Shown: positions 1 through 10,567 of the stretch, piece after piece | Position numbering within the stretch: the first letter of the stretch is position 1 | How the letters are laid out: every line of letters begins with the position of its first letter | Assembly: GCA_964394645.1 (NCBI GenBank) | Contig: CAYMYC010000001.1 | Location: 47,241-111,240, forward strand | Direction of reading: 5' to 3' | DNA length: 64,000 nt | Source of the DNA: an uncultured Gammaproteobacteria bacterium | GTDB lineage: Bacteria; Patescibacteriota; Microgenomatia; Levybacterales; GWA1-39-11 | Notes under the pieces: model-generated | Database searches by the model: none | What the model was told of the DNA's origin: nothing | What the model saw: only the letters and a program-made list of their open reading frames with translations | Made by a program: the position numbers and the translations under genes

Positions 1-1019
1 GCGAGTATTTTCCCGTTTTCATAGACTGTGTTTCCTCTTATAGTCACCTTTTTTACTTTTCCTTGCATTTGCCATCCAGAAAATGGAGACCAAGCACACT
101 TTGTAAATAGGTTACTTTCTTCAAGTATATATTTTTCTTCTAGGTTAACCTCAATTGAGGAATTTTGATTTGGGATATGGAATATTTTTTTTGGATTTTC
201 ATAACAAAGACGAATAATGTCATCCATTTTTAGCATTTTTTTGTGACAAGCAGTTAAGAGAAGCGGGAGAGTAGACTCGAGTCCGGGAATACCATAAGGA
301 GATGTGTTTATTGGTTTTTCTTTTTCTTCTTTTGTGTGTGGTGCATGGTCTGATTCTATAACATCAATCTCATGGAGGTGTTCCCATAAATAGGATACAT
401 CATCTGCTTTCTTTAAATCTGGTTTCATTCTTCCAAATGACTTTAGTTTTTTAGCGTCTTCTGAGTTTAAGAAGAGGTGGTGTGGTGTAACCCCACAAGT
501 AATTGGTAATCCGCGTTTTTTTGCATTTGAGATTTGTATCAGATCTGAGGCTAATGAGATATGGCAAAAATGGGTTGGTTTTTCTGTTTTTGCAGCATGT
601 TTTAGTACTTCCTCTATTGTATTATCTTCAGCGTGCACTAAAATTGGTCCACAATTTTTTGGCCATGTCTCAAAAATTTTTCCAAGTGATGATGTATTTA
701 TTAAAAAATTTCCCGTAGTCTTATTAAGATATAATTTTATTCCAAATACCTCATTTTTAACTTTTTCAAATTCTCCAACGTTTTCACCTTGAGAACCAAA
801 ATAAAATCCTACGTCACACAAAATATTTTTTTTAGCAAGATTAATTTTTTCGTCAAGTAAGCGTTTTAATGTGATGGGTACTATATTGTTGGGCATATCT
901 AATATAGTTGTGAAGCCACCTGCAAGAGCGGCTTTTGTACCAGTTATGAAATCTTCCTTATGTGTTTGCCCAGGGGATCTTAGATGGACATGAATATCAA
1001 TTAATCCTGGAAGTAGCAT
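1..1019 (-). CDS. pyrC: Dihydroorotase (3' end runs off the window)
   Basis: Not in the ORF track. Manual translation from ATG at 1019 gives MLLPGLIDIHVHLRSPGQTHKEDFITGTKAALAGGFTTILDMPNN, with the DxHxH metal motif and AALAGG..DMPN. The left window edge reads KVTIRGNTVYENGKIL, a typical dihydroorotase C-terminal region. Lies 1 nt after the carB stop. Confidence 0.93.
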   Translation of the reverse strand, partial: MLLPGLIDIHVHLRSPGQTHKEDFITGTKAALAGGFTTILDMPNNIVPITLKRLLDEKINLAKKNILCDVGFYFGSQGENVGEFEKVKNEVFGIKLYLNKTTGNFLINTSSLGKIFETWPKNCGPILVHAEDNTIEEVLKHAAKTEKPTHFCHISLASDLIQISNAKKRGLPITCGVTPHHLFLNSEDAKKLKSFGRMKPDLKKADDVSYLWEHLHEIDVIESDHAPHTKEEKEKPINTSPYGIPGLESTLPLLLTACHKKMLKMDDIIRLCYENPKKIFHIPNQNSSIEVNLEEKYILEESNLFTKCAWSPFSGWQMQGKVKKVTIRGNTVYENGKIL

Positions 1020-1020
1020 G

Positions 1021-4000
1021 TTACGCAGAAGTATATTCATTCCAACTCTTAATTTCAAGTTCTTTTTTTGGGGTTTCTACAAGAGCTTTAATGTATAAAT
1101 CTGCCTTTTTCCGATTTGTGATAAGGGGGATGTTGTAATCTATTGCAGATCTTCTCATTATGTATCCGTCGTCTACATCCTTTTTATGCTTAAAGTCTAC
1201 AATATTTATTGCAAGATCAATTTTCCCTTGTGAGAAGAAGGATAATATGTTCGGATTTTTTCTCTCATGTATTTTATATAGTCGTTTTGCGTTAACATTA
1301 TGAAATCGTAAGAACTTAGCTGTCTTTTCCGTTGCATAAATTGGAATACCAAGTTTTTTAAGTCTTATTGCGCTATCTAAAAATCTAATCTTATTATCAT
1401 CTGACCCTAAAGAAACAAATACCCCTTTTTTAGGAGATATATTCCCAACAGACAACTCTGCCTTTAGAAAAGCTTCTTCTAGTGTCTTTCCAAATGCAGC
1501 AGCCTCTCCTGTTGATGCCATTTCAACTTTTAGTAATGGGTCTGCTCCTTCTAAGCGTGAGAAAGAAAATTGGGGGGATTTTACAAGATAATATGAAGGA
1601 TAGGAAATGTTTTCTACCTTTCCTTTTTTAAATATTGCATCAACAATTTTTTCAGCAAAATTTATATGTGTCGCCTTAGAAATAAATGGAAATGTTCTTG
1701 ATGCTCTTAAATTGATTTCTATAACATAAACCTTTTTATCTCTTGCCAAGAACTGGATATTAAAGGGACCTGTTATTGATAGCATCTTAGATATCTTTTC
1801 TCCCATATCTTTAATCTGTTTTTCATACTGAATATATAATTCATGAGGTGGAAAGATAATCGTCGCATCTCCGGAGTGAACTCCAGCATTTTCCAAATGT
1901 TGTGAGATTGCGGATACTAAAATATTTCCATCTTGAGAGACTCCATCTAGCTCAATCTCACGTGCATGTTCAACAAATTTTGATAAGGTGATAGGGTGCT
2001 CAGGGCTTATAAGAGTTGCACGTTTAGTAAAAATTTTAAGATCATCTTCTGTGTAGCAAACAGACATAGCATCGCCAGACAAGACATAAGATGGTCTAAT
2101 AAGAACCGGATATGATACTTCATTTGCAAATTTGATTGCGTCTTGTAGTGTTTTTACTTCGCACCACTTCGGTTGTGGAATGAGAAGTGAATCTAGAAGC
2201 TGAGAGAATTTATTCCTGTCTTCAGCAGTATCTATGTTGACAGGTTTTGTTCCTAAAATTTTTATTTGAGAATTATCTAATTTCTTTACTAAATTATTAG
2301 GTGTCTGTCCGCCTACTGAAACAATTACGCCAAGAGATTTTTCAAAATCATAAATATCTAAAATTCTTTCATGCGTTAGTTCTTCAAAATATAGTCTATC
2401 TGATATGTCATAGTCTGTTGAGACTGTTTCAGGATTGCAATTTACAATGATTGAGGATTTATCGTATTTTCTTAACGAGAGTGCAGTATTAACACATGTC
2501 CAATCAAATTCAACTGAAGACCCAATCCTATATGGTCCAGAACCTAAAACAATAACACCTTGCGTTTCAAGAGGTGAGACATCATGATGTGTTGCATGAT
2601 AAGAGGTATAGAGGTAGTTAGTTTGTGCTGGAAACTCTCCTGCTAGTGTATCAATCTGCAAAATAGCAGGCGTAATATTAAGGCTTTTTCTTTTCTTTCT
2701 TACATATGATTCTGTTTTCCCAATAAGTTTTCCAATTTGTTTATCTGAGATTCCTAGCTTTTTACACTCTAATAAAGAGTCATTTGAGAGAGTTTTTTTT
2801 CTTTTCAGTTGTTTTTCGGCAATGACGATGTTTTTAATTCCGGATAGAAACCATGGATCAATTCCTGTTATATTATGAATCTTGTCTATTGTTACACCTC
2901 TTTTAATTGCTTCAGCAATTGCATACATCCGTTTTGGTGTTGGTGTTTTAAGATAGTACTCAAAGTCTTTTTTAGTTTTTGGAAAATTATTTTCTGTTAT
3001 TCCTTCAGATTCTACACCAAGCATTCTAATAGCTTTTTGAAAAGCTTCCTCGAAGCTTCTTCCTATGCTCATGATTTCGCCGACAGACTTCATGGATGAG
3101 CCAATTTTTTCCTCAACACCTTTAAACTTTTCAAGATCCCACCTTGGAATTTTTACGACTATATAATCAAGCGCAGGTTCAAAACAAGATTGTGTTACTT
3201 GGGTAACTTGGTTTTTTATATCAGTTAGAGCGTTACCAAGTATTAGTTTTGCGGCGACATAGGCAAGGGGGTATCCGGTTGCCTTTGATGCAAGAGCTGA
3301 GGATCGTGATAATCTTGGATTAAGCTCAATCACTTGATATTCTAATGGTGGGTTATCTTTCTGTTGTGCATTTTTTGTAGCGTGTTTATTGGGGGAAGGA
3401 TTAAGTGCAAATTGTACGTTACACTCTCCTACAATATTTAAACTTCTTACGATCTTAATTGAGATATCTCGAAGAAATTGATATTCGTAATTAGTTAGAG
3501 TTTGTGATGGGGCAACTACTATTGACTCACCCGTATGAATTCCTAATGGATCCATATTTTCCATATTACAAATAGTTATGCAATTATCATATTTATCTCG
3601 TACAACTTCGTATTCGATTTCCTTCCAATGATGAAGATATTGTTCGACTAAGATTTGAGGAGAAAAAGCAAGTGCGATATTTACCTTTTCTTCAAACTCC
3701 TCAAGCGTATAGCATACTCCGGATTTTTGCCCCCCCAATGCAAAACCTGCCCTTACCATAACTGGTAATCCAAGTTCATGCATTATTTTACATGCCTGTT
3801 GATATGAGGTTGCTGCTTTGCTTTTAGGTGTATTTACATGGATTGTGTGAAGATGATTTGCAAATTTATCTCTGTCCTCGGATATGATAATGCTGTCAAT
3901 AGATGTTCCCAAAACAGAAACCCCATATTTTTTAAAGATTCCTGTTTTGTATAAATTAATTCCGCAATTTAAAGCGGTTTGACCTCCAAAAGACAATGCG

Positions 4001-4242
4001 ATTGCATCTGGTTTTTCTTTTTTTATTACTTCTTCTATAAAATACTCATCTACTGGAAGAAAATAAACAGTGTCAGCTAGAAATTCGGACGTTTGAATTG
4101 TCGCAATATTAGGATTTATAAGAACAGTTTTAATACCAGCCTCCTTGAATGCCTTAATAGCTTGGGATCCGGAATAATCAAATTCACCGGCTTGCCCTAT
4201 TTTTAATGCGCCTGACCCTAAAATTAAAATTTTTTTATACAT
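1021..4242 (-). CDS. carB: Carbamoyl-phosphate synthase large subunit
   Basis: ILGSGALKIGQAGEFDYSGSQA, NPRLSRSSALASKATGYP, second half GSGPYRIGSSVEFDW and NCNPETVSTDYD, C-terminal MGS domain. Confidence 0.98.
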   Translation of the reverse strand: MYKKILILGSGALKIGQAGEFDYSGSQAIKAFKEAGIKTVLINPNIATIQTSEFLADTVYFLPVDEYFIEEVIKKEKPDAIALSFGGQTALNCGINLYKTGIFKKYGVSVLGTSIDSIIISEDRDKFANHLHTIHVNTPKSKAATSYQQACKIMHELGLPVMVRAGFALGGQKSGVCYTLEEFEEKVNIALAFSPQILVEQYLHHWKEIEYEVVRDKYDNCITICNMENMDPLGIHTGESIVVAPSQTLTNYEYQFLRDISIKIVRSLNIVGECNVQFALNPSPNKHATKNAQQKDNPPLEYQVIELNPRLSRSSALASKATGYPLAYVAAKLILGNALTDIKNQVTQVTQSCFEPALDYIVVKIPRWDLEKFKGVEEKIGSSMKSVGEIMSIGRSFEEAFQKAIRMLGVESEGITENNFPKTKKDFEYYLKTPTPKRMYAIAEAIKRGVTIDKIHNITGIDPWFLSGIKNIVIAEKQLKRKKTLSNDSLLECKKLGISDKQIGKLIGKTESYVRKKRKSLNITPAILQIDTLAGEFPAQTNYLYTSYHATHHDVSPLETQGVIVLGSGPYRIGSSVEFDWTCVNTALSLRKYDKSSIIVNCNPETVSTDYDISDRLYFEELTHERILDIYDFEKSLGVIVSVGGQTPNNLVKKLDNSQIKILGTKPVNIDTAEDRNKFSQLLDSLLIPQPKWCEVKTLQDAIKFANEVSYPVLIRPSYVLSGDAMSVCYTEDDLKIFTKRATLISPEHPITLSKFVEHAREIELDGVSQDGNILVSAISQHLENAGVHSGDATIIFPPHELYIQYEKQIKDMGEKISKMLSITGPFNIQFLARDKKVYVIEINLRASRTFPFISKATHINFAEKIVDAIFKKGKVENISYPSYYLVKSPQFSFSRLEGADPLLKVEMASTGEAAAFGKTLEEAFLKAELSVGNISPKKGVFVSLGSDDNKIRFLDSAIRLKKLGIPIYATEKTAKFLRFHNVNAKRLYKIHERKNPNILSFFSQGKIDLAINIVDFKHKKDVDDGYIMRRSAIDYNIPLITNRKKADLYIKALVETPKKELEIKSWNEYTSA

Positions 4243-5284
4243 ATTTATGATGTTTTACTTTATCTAAGAATAAATCAAAAAGCCAATCGGTATCTTGTGG
4301 TCCAGGATATGATTCAGGGTGAAATTGAACTGACATAAAAGGAGATGTCTCATGAATAATTCCTTCATTTGTCCCGTCGTTTGCATTTATAAACCATGGT
4401 TTAAATCCGCGAGGAATTTTTCCCACCGCAAATCCATGATTTTGGGTAGTGATATAGCAGCGTTTTGTTCCCGCAAGAAGGCATGGTTGATTTTGTGACC
4501 GATGCCCATACTTTAATTTATACGTATCACCATCGGCTGCAAGTGCTAATATTTGATTGCCTAAGCATATTCCAAACGTAGGGATTTTTCTGTTTAGTGC
4601 AGCCTTAACGATTGAAATCGTTTTATCTGCCATTTTAGGATCCCCTGGTCCGTTAGATATTACTATTCCGTCTGGCTTTAACCCATTTTTGAAAATGTCA
4701 TAATCCCATGGAACAGTAGTAACTTGTACGTCTCTTTTCAATAAGCGTCGTGCTATGTTTCTTTTTGATCCGCAGTCAAGTAATACAATTTTTTGTTTTC
4801 CATTTCCTTGGGTGTATACGTCTTTTGTGGAGCAAAGCGCTACTAAATTTTCCATGTTTGGATCATATAGTTCTATATCGTTTGAAAATACTATTTTCCC
4901 GAGCATGGTACCGTTCGCTCGCAATTTTTGTGTAATATATCTTGTGTCAGAAATTTCAAGAGCAGGAATTCTTTCTTCCTTTAACCAATCAGAAAGACTC
5001 CTAATGCTTGTTGCATGAGAAGGCGTGTTGGTATAATTGCATACAACAAGTCCCGAAATGTGAATTTTTGAAGATTCAAAAAACTTCTGTTCAGGGACTC
5101 CATAGTTTCCAATCAGGGGATATGTAAGTACTAAAATTTGTCCTGTATAAGATGGGTCGGTAATACTTTCTGGGTACCCTACCATTCCGGTTGCGAATAC
5201 AACTTCACCTGAAACCCCTACATCTTTTCCAAAAGATTTACCTGAAAATGTTGTTCCGTCTGATAAGATTAGTTTTCCATTCAT
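4235..5284 (-). CDS. carA: Carbamoyl-phosphate synthase small (glutaminase) subunit
   Basis: GEVVFATGMVGYPESITDPSY, SNGPGDP, GICLG, QFHPE. Confidence 0.98.
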   Translation of the reverse strand: MNGKLILSDGTTFSGKSFGKDVGVSGEVVFATGMVGYPESITDPSYTGQILVLTYPLIGNYGVPEQKFFESSKIHISGLVVCNYTNTPSHATSIRSLSDWLKEERIPALEISDTRYITQKLRANGTMLGKIVFSNDIELYDPNMENLVALCSTKDVYTQGNGKQKIVLLDCGSKRNIARRLLKRDVQVTTVPWDYDIFKNGLKPDGIVISNGPGDPKMADKTISIVKAALNRKIPTFGICLGNQILALAADGDTYKLKYGHRSQNQPCLLAGTKRCYITTQNHGFAVGKIPRGFKPWFINANDGTNEGIIHETSPFMSVQFHPESYPGPQDTDWLFDLFLDKVKHHKYV

Positions 5285-6252
5285 AGTTTTCCTCCAGCAA
5301 CAAGGGTTAGCAATGCCATTCTTATATATACCCCATTTCGCATTTGTTTGTGCATATATACCGCACGATGGTCCTTGTCTACCGCAACATCTATCTCATT
5401 TACTCGTGGAAGTGGATGCATGAATATCGTTTTTTTACTAGCATATTTTTCGATTAATTGAGGAGTTAAAACTAATGTTTCTTTATTTTTTTTATATTCT
5501 TTTAAGCTCGTAAATCTCTCTTTTTGTACTCGTGTCCAATACCAAAAATCAGCGTTTTTAGGTAAGTTTCTTTCAGTAGATATTTCAATTAATTTTATTC
5601 CAGACGCGCTGAGCGCGCGAAGTTCGTTGCGAGCAAGTTGTAATTTTTCAGGGGATAATAAAAAGATTGTATTTCCTTTAAATAAAGACAACCCTTTTAT
5701 AAGTGATTTTACTGTTCTTCCATTTAGCATATCTCCTGCGCATACCCCTATCAGATTTGTTAACTTTCCTGATTCCTCAAAGATGGTATACATATCCAGA
5801 AGAGTTTGTGTTGGATGTTCATTTGTTCCATCTCCGGCGTTTATAATAGGTATTTCTGCTATGTTAGCGGCCTCATGTGCGCTTCCGTTTTCTGGGTGTC
5901 TTAAAACAATAACATCACTGTAGCTTTCAAGCGTAAGAATGGTATCACTTAATGTCTCACCCTTTACTGCAGAAGAGCTATTTGTTGCATTTTGAATTGG
6001 GATAATACCTGCGCCTAGTTGTTGTGCGGCAGAAGCGAAAGATGAGAAGGTGCGAGTTGATGGTTCATAAAACAAGAGCGAAATAATTTTTCCCGAAAGT
6101 ATATTTGATGGCTTTGCCAATTCGCGTAAAGGTTTAAGTTTTTTTGCGGTGTATAAAATTTCTTTTATTTCTTCTGATGAGAACTGGTCAAGGGAAAGAA
6201 TATCCTTTCCTTTTAAACTAGGTGACTTTTTGTGATTTATTTTTTTTGGCAT
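5281..6252 (-). CDS. pyrB: Aspartate carbamoyltransferase catalytic subunit
   Basis: FYEPSTRT, KGETLSDT, NAGDGTNEHPTQ, HPLPR. Start placed at the ATG at 6252; the ORF track starts at 6288. Confidence 0.96.
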   Translation of the reverse strand: MPKKINHKKSPSLKGKDILSLDQFSSEEIKEILYTAKKLKPLRELAKPSNILSGKIISLLFYEPSTRTFSSFASAAQQLGAGIIPIQNATNSSSAVKGETLSDTILTLESYSDVIVLRHPENGSAHEAANIAEIPIINAGDGTNEHPTQTLLDMYTIFEESGKLTNLIGVCAGDMLNGRTVKSLIKGLSLFKGNTIFLLSPEKLQLARNELRALSASGIKLIEISTERNLPKNADFWYWTRVQKERFTSLKEYKKNKETLVLTPQLIEKYASKKTIFMHPLPRVNEIDVAVDKDHRAVYMHKQMRNGVYIRMALLTLVAGGKL

Positions 6253-6331
6253 CAGGCAATCGAGCAGATATGAAAACAACTTTAACAAAAATATATAACC
6301 TACGCAAGATTTAAAAGAGAGAAAAAAGCAC

Positions 6332-6368
6332 TTGACAGAATTTAGCAGTCATGTTATATTATTGCTAA
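6332..6368 (+). promoter_or_regulatory. Sigma70-type promoter overlapped by a CIRCE operator
   Basis: TTGACA (6332-6337), 17 nt spacer, TATATT (6355-6360) preceded by TG. TTAGCAGTC-N9-TATTGCTAA (6342-6368) matches the CIRCE consensus TTAGCACTC-N9-GAGTGCTAA with 3 mismatches. Directly upstream of hrcA. Confidence 0.85.
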
Positions 6369-6425
6369 TCTGCATAAAATATGCATAATAAATTTCTTGC
6401 TCTTTGAATTTTAAATTTTATATAT

Positions 6426-7145
6426 ATGTATGATCTAACTCCAAGGCAGGTTGATATTTTAAAGCTAATAGTAAGAGAGTATATTGATAACGCAGAAGCT
6501 GTAGGATCAGAAACTCTTGAAAAAAAACATGATGTAGGGATATCCCCTGCTACTATTAGAAATGAAATGGCAGCTATGGTGAAGTTGGGATATTTATCAA
6601 AGCCTCACACGTCAGCAGGAAGAATACCAACCACGAAAGCTTTAAAACTTTACATAAACGAGCTGATGCGTGAAAAAGAGGTGTCTGTAGCTGATGAGGT
6701 TCAGGCAAAGGAGCATGTGTGGGATTTACGAGCTCAAGAAGAAAAGTTTTTAAGAGGAGTAACGCGAGATCTTGCGCAAAAGACAAGGGCGCTTGCGGTT
6801 ACAACAACAGATGATGGAGATATTTATTACTCAGGATATGCGAATATTCTTGAAACGCCGGAGTTTTATGACATTGATATAGCGAAGAATTTATTGTCAA
6901 TTTTAGATAGTGCAGTGTGTTTTGATTTAATTACAAAAAGAATTGAAAATGAGTTGGGAGTTTTTTTAGGAGATGAGCTTGGAAGTGATATGTATAGACC
7001 GTATAGCTTTGTTTTTTCAAAGTTTCACACAAAAAATATAAATGGGTCAATTGGGGTTGTTGGTCCTGCAAGAATTAGGTATGAGCTAGTAATACCAACG
7101 GTACGATTTTTTGGAGGTCTTATTGGTGAAGTAGCTGAGTGGTAA
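6426..7145 (+). CDS. hrcA: Heat-inducible transcription repressor HrcA (short form)
   Basis: LTPRQVDILKLIVREYI, SPATIRNEM, PHTSAGRIPT, C-terminal IGVVGPARIRY; upstream of grpE-dnaK. Confidence 0.95.
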   Translation: MYDLTPRQVDILKLIVREYIDNAEAVGSETLEKKHDVGISPATIRNEMAAMVKLGYLSKPHTSAGRIPTTKALKLYINELMREKEVSVADEVQAKEHVWDLRAQEEKFLRGVTRDLAQKTRALAVTTTDDGDIYYSGYANILETPEFYDIDIAKNLLSILDSAVCFDLITKRIENELGVFLGDELGSDMYRPYSFVFSKFHTKNINGSIGVVGPARIRYELVIPTVRFFGGLIGEVAEW

Positions 7146-7150
7146 TAAAA

Positions 7151-7687
7151 ATGGATGACAAAACAAAAAAAACAAAATCTGAAGATAATTTAGATGAATT
7201 AGAAGAACTAGATGATGAATTAGATGAAGAAGAGGAGGAGTTAGCATCTGAGAAGAGAGAACAGGAAGAGTTAAAGAAAAAAAACAAAAGTCTTGAGGAT
7301 CAGTTGAAGCGGGCAGTCGCGGATTATAGGAATCTTGAAAATAGGGTTCGGGAGGAGCGCTTAGAATTTGTCAAATACGCAAACAAAGCACTTATAGAAC
7401 AATTACTCCCAGCATTTGACACGCTTTTGCTTGCTGAGAAATACACCAAAGACGAGAATCTAAAAATTACGGCTAAGCACATACTAGATGTACTGAAGTT
7501 AGCGGGAATTGAAAAGGTTGAGACAGTTGGTAAAAAGTATAACCCTGTCATTATGGAGGCAGTTGAAGTAATAGAGGGGGAGAAAGAAATGGTTCTTGAG
7601 GAGACACAACCAGGATTTACAATACATGGCAAAATTATAAGACCTGCAAGAGTTAAGGTTGGAGGAAGAGATGAGATAAAAGAGTAG
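7151..7687 (+). CDS. grpE: Nucleotide exchange factor GrpE
   Basis: RAVADYRNLENR, LLPAFDTL, GFTIHGKIIRPARVKV. Confidence 0.96.
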   Translation: MDDKTKKTKSEDNLDELEELDDELDEEEEELASEKREQEELKKKNKSLEDQLKRAVADYRNLENRVREERLEFVKYANKALIEQLLPAFDTLLLAEKYTKDENLKITAKHILDVLKLAGIEKVETVGKKYNPVIMEAVEVIEGEKEMVLEETQPGFTIHGKIIRPARVKVGGRDEIKE

Positions 7688-7759
7688 AGGTTAGTTGAGA
7701 TATTTTATGATTCTTGAAATTTATTGGAGAATGCATAATAATAAGGAGGAATAAAAAAT

Positions 7760-9691
7760 ATGTCTAAAATAATAGGAATAGATTTAGGAACAACAAATTC
7801 GTGCGTCGCAGTAATGGAGGGTGGCGCTCCAAAAGTAATATTTTCTGCAGAGGGTAGGAATGTAACTCCATCTGTTGTGGATCCTGTAGACCGAGTTGTT
7901 GGTGATGTTGCGAAAAGGCAAATGGTTCTCAAGCCTAAGCGTATCATTTTTTCTATAAAGCGTCTCATGGGTCGTCGTTTTAATGATCCAACTGTTCAAG
8001 AAGATATAAAGCTTCTTCCATACACCGTAAAAGCAGGGAAGGACGGTCTTGCCGTTGTAGAAGTAGACGGAAAAACATATACACCCCAGGAAATATCAGC
8101 CATGATTTTGCAAAAAATAAAATCTGATGCTGAATCTTATTTAGGAGATAAAGTTACTCAGGCTGTTATTACAGTTCCTGCATATTTTGATGATGCTCAG
8201 CGTCAAGCTACAAAACAAGCGGGTGAGATTGCAGGGTTGGAGGTATTACGTATTGTAAATGAGCCGACAGCAGCCGCGCTTGCATATGGATTAGACAAAA
8301 AACATGCCCACACGATTGCCGTGTATGATATGGGTGGCGGTACATTTGATGTATCCATACTAGAGTTGGGAGAAGGTGTGTATGAGGTAAAATCTACAAA
8401 TGGAGATACTCATTTGGGGGGTGACGATTTTGATCAAAAAATTATAGATTATCTTGCGGATGAATTTAAAAAGGAAAACAGCATTGATTTAAGACGTGAT
8501 CCTCAGGCACTGCAAAGGCTTAAAGAAGCAGCAGAGAAAGCAAAGATTGAATTATCTTCATCTTCTGAGGCTGAAATCAATCAGCCGTTCATTACTCAAG
8601 GACCTAACGGACCCCTACATTTAACAATGAAATTAACTCGCGCAAAACTTGAGAGTATTGTGGGCGATTTAATTACAAAGTCATTTAAATCCGTTGAATC
8701 AGCACTCAAAGATGCAGGATTAAAGGCGTCGGATGTAAATGAGATTATCATGGTTGGGGGTATGACCAGAATGCCTAAAGTTGTTGAGGAAGTAACAAAA
8801 TTCTTCGGAAAAGAGCCTAATAAGAGTGTAAACCCCGATGAGGTAGTGGCAATTGGCGCAGCTGTTCAGGCGGGAGTATTGGGAGGAGATGTGAAGGATG
8901 TACTTCTTTTGGATGTAACCCCATTGACGCTTGGAATTGAAACATTGGGTGGAGTTGCAACACCACTTATTAATAGAAACTCAACTATTCCAACAAAGAA
9001 ATCTCAAGTATTCTCAACCGCAGCAGATAATCAGACACAAGTAGAGATTCATGTTGTTCAGGGCGAGCGCCCCATGGCTGCTGATAATAAATCTTTGGGA
9101 AGATTTGTTTTGGATGGAATTCCACCAGCTCCTCGTGGTGTTCCTCAGGTTGAGGTTGCATTTGATATAGATGCTTCAGGAATTCTTTCTGTTTCAGCAA
9201 AAGATAATGCGACAGGAAAAACCCAAAGTATTAAAATTACTGGAGGAACAGGTCTTTCAAAAGATGAAGTAGAAAGGATGACAAAGGAAGCTGAAGCTCA
9301 TGCAGAAGAAGATGAGAAGAAGAAAGAGTTGATTGAAGTAAGAAATAGAGCGGATGGGCTCATCTTTACCGCAGAAAAATCATTAAAAGATCTTGGAGAA
9401 AAGGTTCCAGCTGATTTAAAATCAGACGTTGAAGGAAAAATTTCTGCTTTGCGGGAGGCATTAAAAGGCGAAGATAAGGCAGATATTGAAGCAAAGACTC
9501 AAGAATTGTCAGATCATTTATCTAAAATTGGTGAGACCATGCAGAATCAAACAGGACAAACTGGTGAGCAAGCAAGTGCCGGAGCGTCTGGCGGAGAACA
9601 GGAAGCCCAGGGGGCATCGCAGGAGAATCAAAACGGATCAGAATCTTCCACAAATAAAGACGAAGCAGTAGAGGGAGAAGTAGTAAACTAA
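7760..9691 (+). CDS. dnaK: Chaperone DnaK (Hsp70)
   Basis: [49 protein letters not shown]; SD AAGGAGG upstream. Confidence 0.99.
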   Translation: MSKIIGIDLGTTNSCVAVMEGGAPKVIFSAEGRNVTPSVVDPVDRVVGDVAKRQMVLKPKRIIFSIKRLMGRRFNDPTVQEDIKLLPYTVKAGKDGLAVVEVDGKTYTPQEISAMILQKIKSDAESYLGDKVTQAVITVPAYFDDAQRQATKQAGEIAGLEVLRIVNEPTAAALAYGLDKKHAHTIAVYDMGGGTFDVSILELGEGVYEVKSTNGDTHLGGDDFDQKIIDYLADEFKKENSIDLRRDPQALQRLKEAAEKAKIELSSSSEAEINQPFITQGPNGPLHLTMKLTRAKLESIVGDLITKSFKSVESALKDAGLKASDVNEIIMVGGMTRMPKVVEEVTKFFGKEPNKSVNPDEVVAIGAAVQAGVLGGDVKDVLLLDVTPLTLGIETLGGVATPLINRNSTIPTKKSQVFSTAADNQTQVEIHVVQGERPMAADNKSLGRFVLDGIPPAPRGVPQVEVAFDIDASGILSVSAKDNATGKTQSIKITGGTGLSKDEVERMTKEAEAHAEEDEKKKELIEVRNRADGLIFTAEKSLKDLGEKVPADLKSDVEGKISALREALKGEDKADIEAKTQELSDHLSKIGETMQNQTGQTGEQASAGASGGEQEAQGASQENQNGSESSTNKDEAVEGEVVN

Positions 9692-9877
9692 TTCTGGTTT
9701 TTCCCCTAAATATTTTTTCGCTTTTACAATATTTTCCAAATTACCCCTGATGTATGTATTTTATCAAGATGCACCCTTTCTTGTGTAAGTAAGTCTGTAT
9801 TTGGAGTATGTTGTTGGATTTAGTTTCAAAACGCGAGTTTAATAATAATTCGGCACTAATTGGGGCGGTAGAGAAAA

Positions 9878-10567
9878 TTAGTCCGTATATGTTATTTTTT
9901 TTGGAGTAAACACTTTTTTTATTGACTCAACAATTCCTTTATGGGCAAGCTTATTGTATAAACGGCGCGCTTCTCTTTCTGACGCATGATAATCAAACAC
10001 ACGACTTGTTTTTTTTGTAACACCTACCCCTAAGTCTCCTAAAATGACCTTTGCATTTCCATCAGGGTCTACGATAAAAAAATATGTATCTTCGTATATA
10101 TTAAATCCAGCCCTATCTGCTTTTTGTGAAATTTCGATAAGCTGCTTTTTAACATTTTTTTTATTCTTTATAGCTTTTTCAAAATCTAACTTTTTCTCAT
10201 GCATTTCATTTATTGAAAATACTAGTTTTTTACCACCTTCTGTCAGGTCTGTTATTATTATCTTCCTTGATCCCTCAACTTTTCTTACAGTAAGTGGCAC
10301 AGGAAGACCAGCTTGTTTCAGTTCCAAGTAGTGTTTTATGTATTCGTCGGGAACATAAAACTCCCATACTCGTGTATATTTTGGATCTCTTTCAGCAAAC
10401 TCTCCTGCATTTCTTTCCCTCCCGTTTTTTATAAGTATTAGTCTTTGAGCAGTATATTTTGCTTCATTCCCATCTCCAATATTAATTCCAGCATCTTCTA
10501 AAAACACATTGGACTTACGTTCTGTTAAAGGTGAAATTAGCGTTCTTCTTTCATGATTTCCTGACAT
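9878..10567 (-). CDS. Hypothetical protein, possible atypical protein-kinase-like fold
   Basis: LKQAGLPVP followed by IIITDL and VILGDLG resembles RIO/Kdo/APH kinase-like motifs, but there is no clear HxDxxxxN catalytic loop. TATAAT lies 7 nt before the ATG. Confidence 0.55.
   Translation of the reverse strand: MSGNHERRTLISPLTERKSNVFLEDAGINIGDGNEAKYTAQRLILIKNGRERNAGEFAERDPKYTRVWEFYVPDEYIKHYLELKQAGLPVPLTVRKVEGSRKIIITDLTEGGKKLVFSINEMHEKKLDFEKAIKNKKNVKKQLIEISQKADRAGFNIYEDTYFFIVDPDGNAKVILGDLGVGVTKKTSRVFDYHASEREARRLYNKLAHKGIVESIKKVFTPKKITYTD

Noticed and set aside
9692-9877. Gene remnant or terminator after dnaK
   Set aside because: Only short open stretches with no recognisable motif, and no convincing stem-loop
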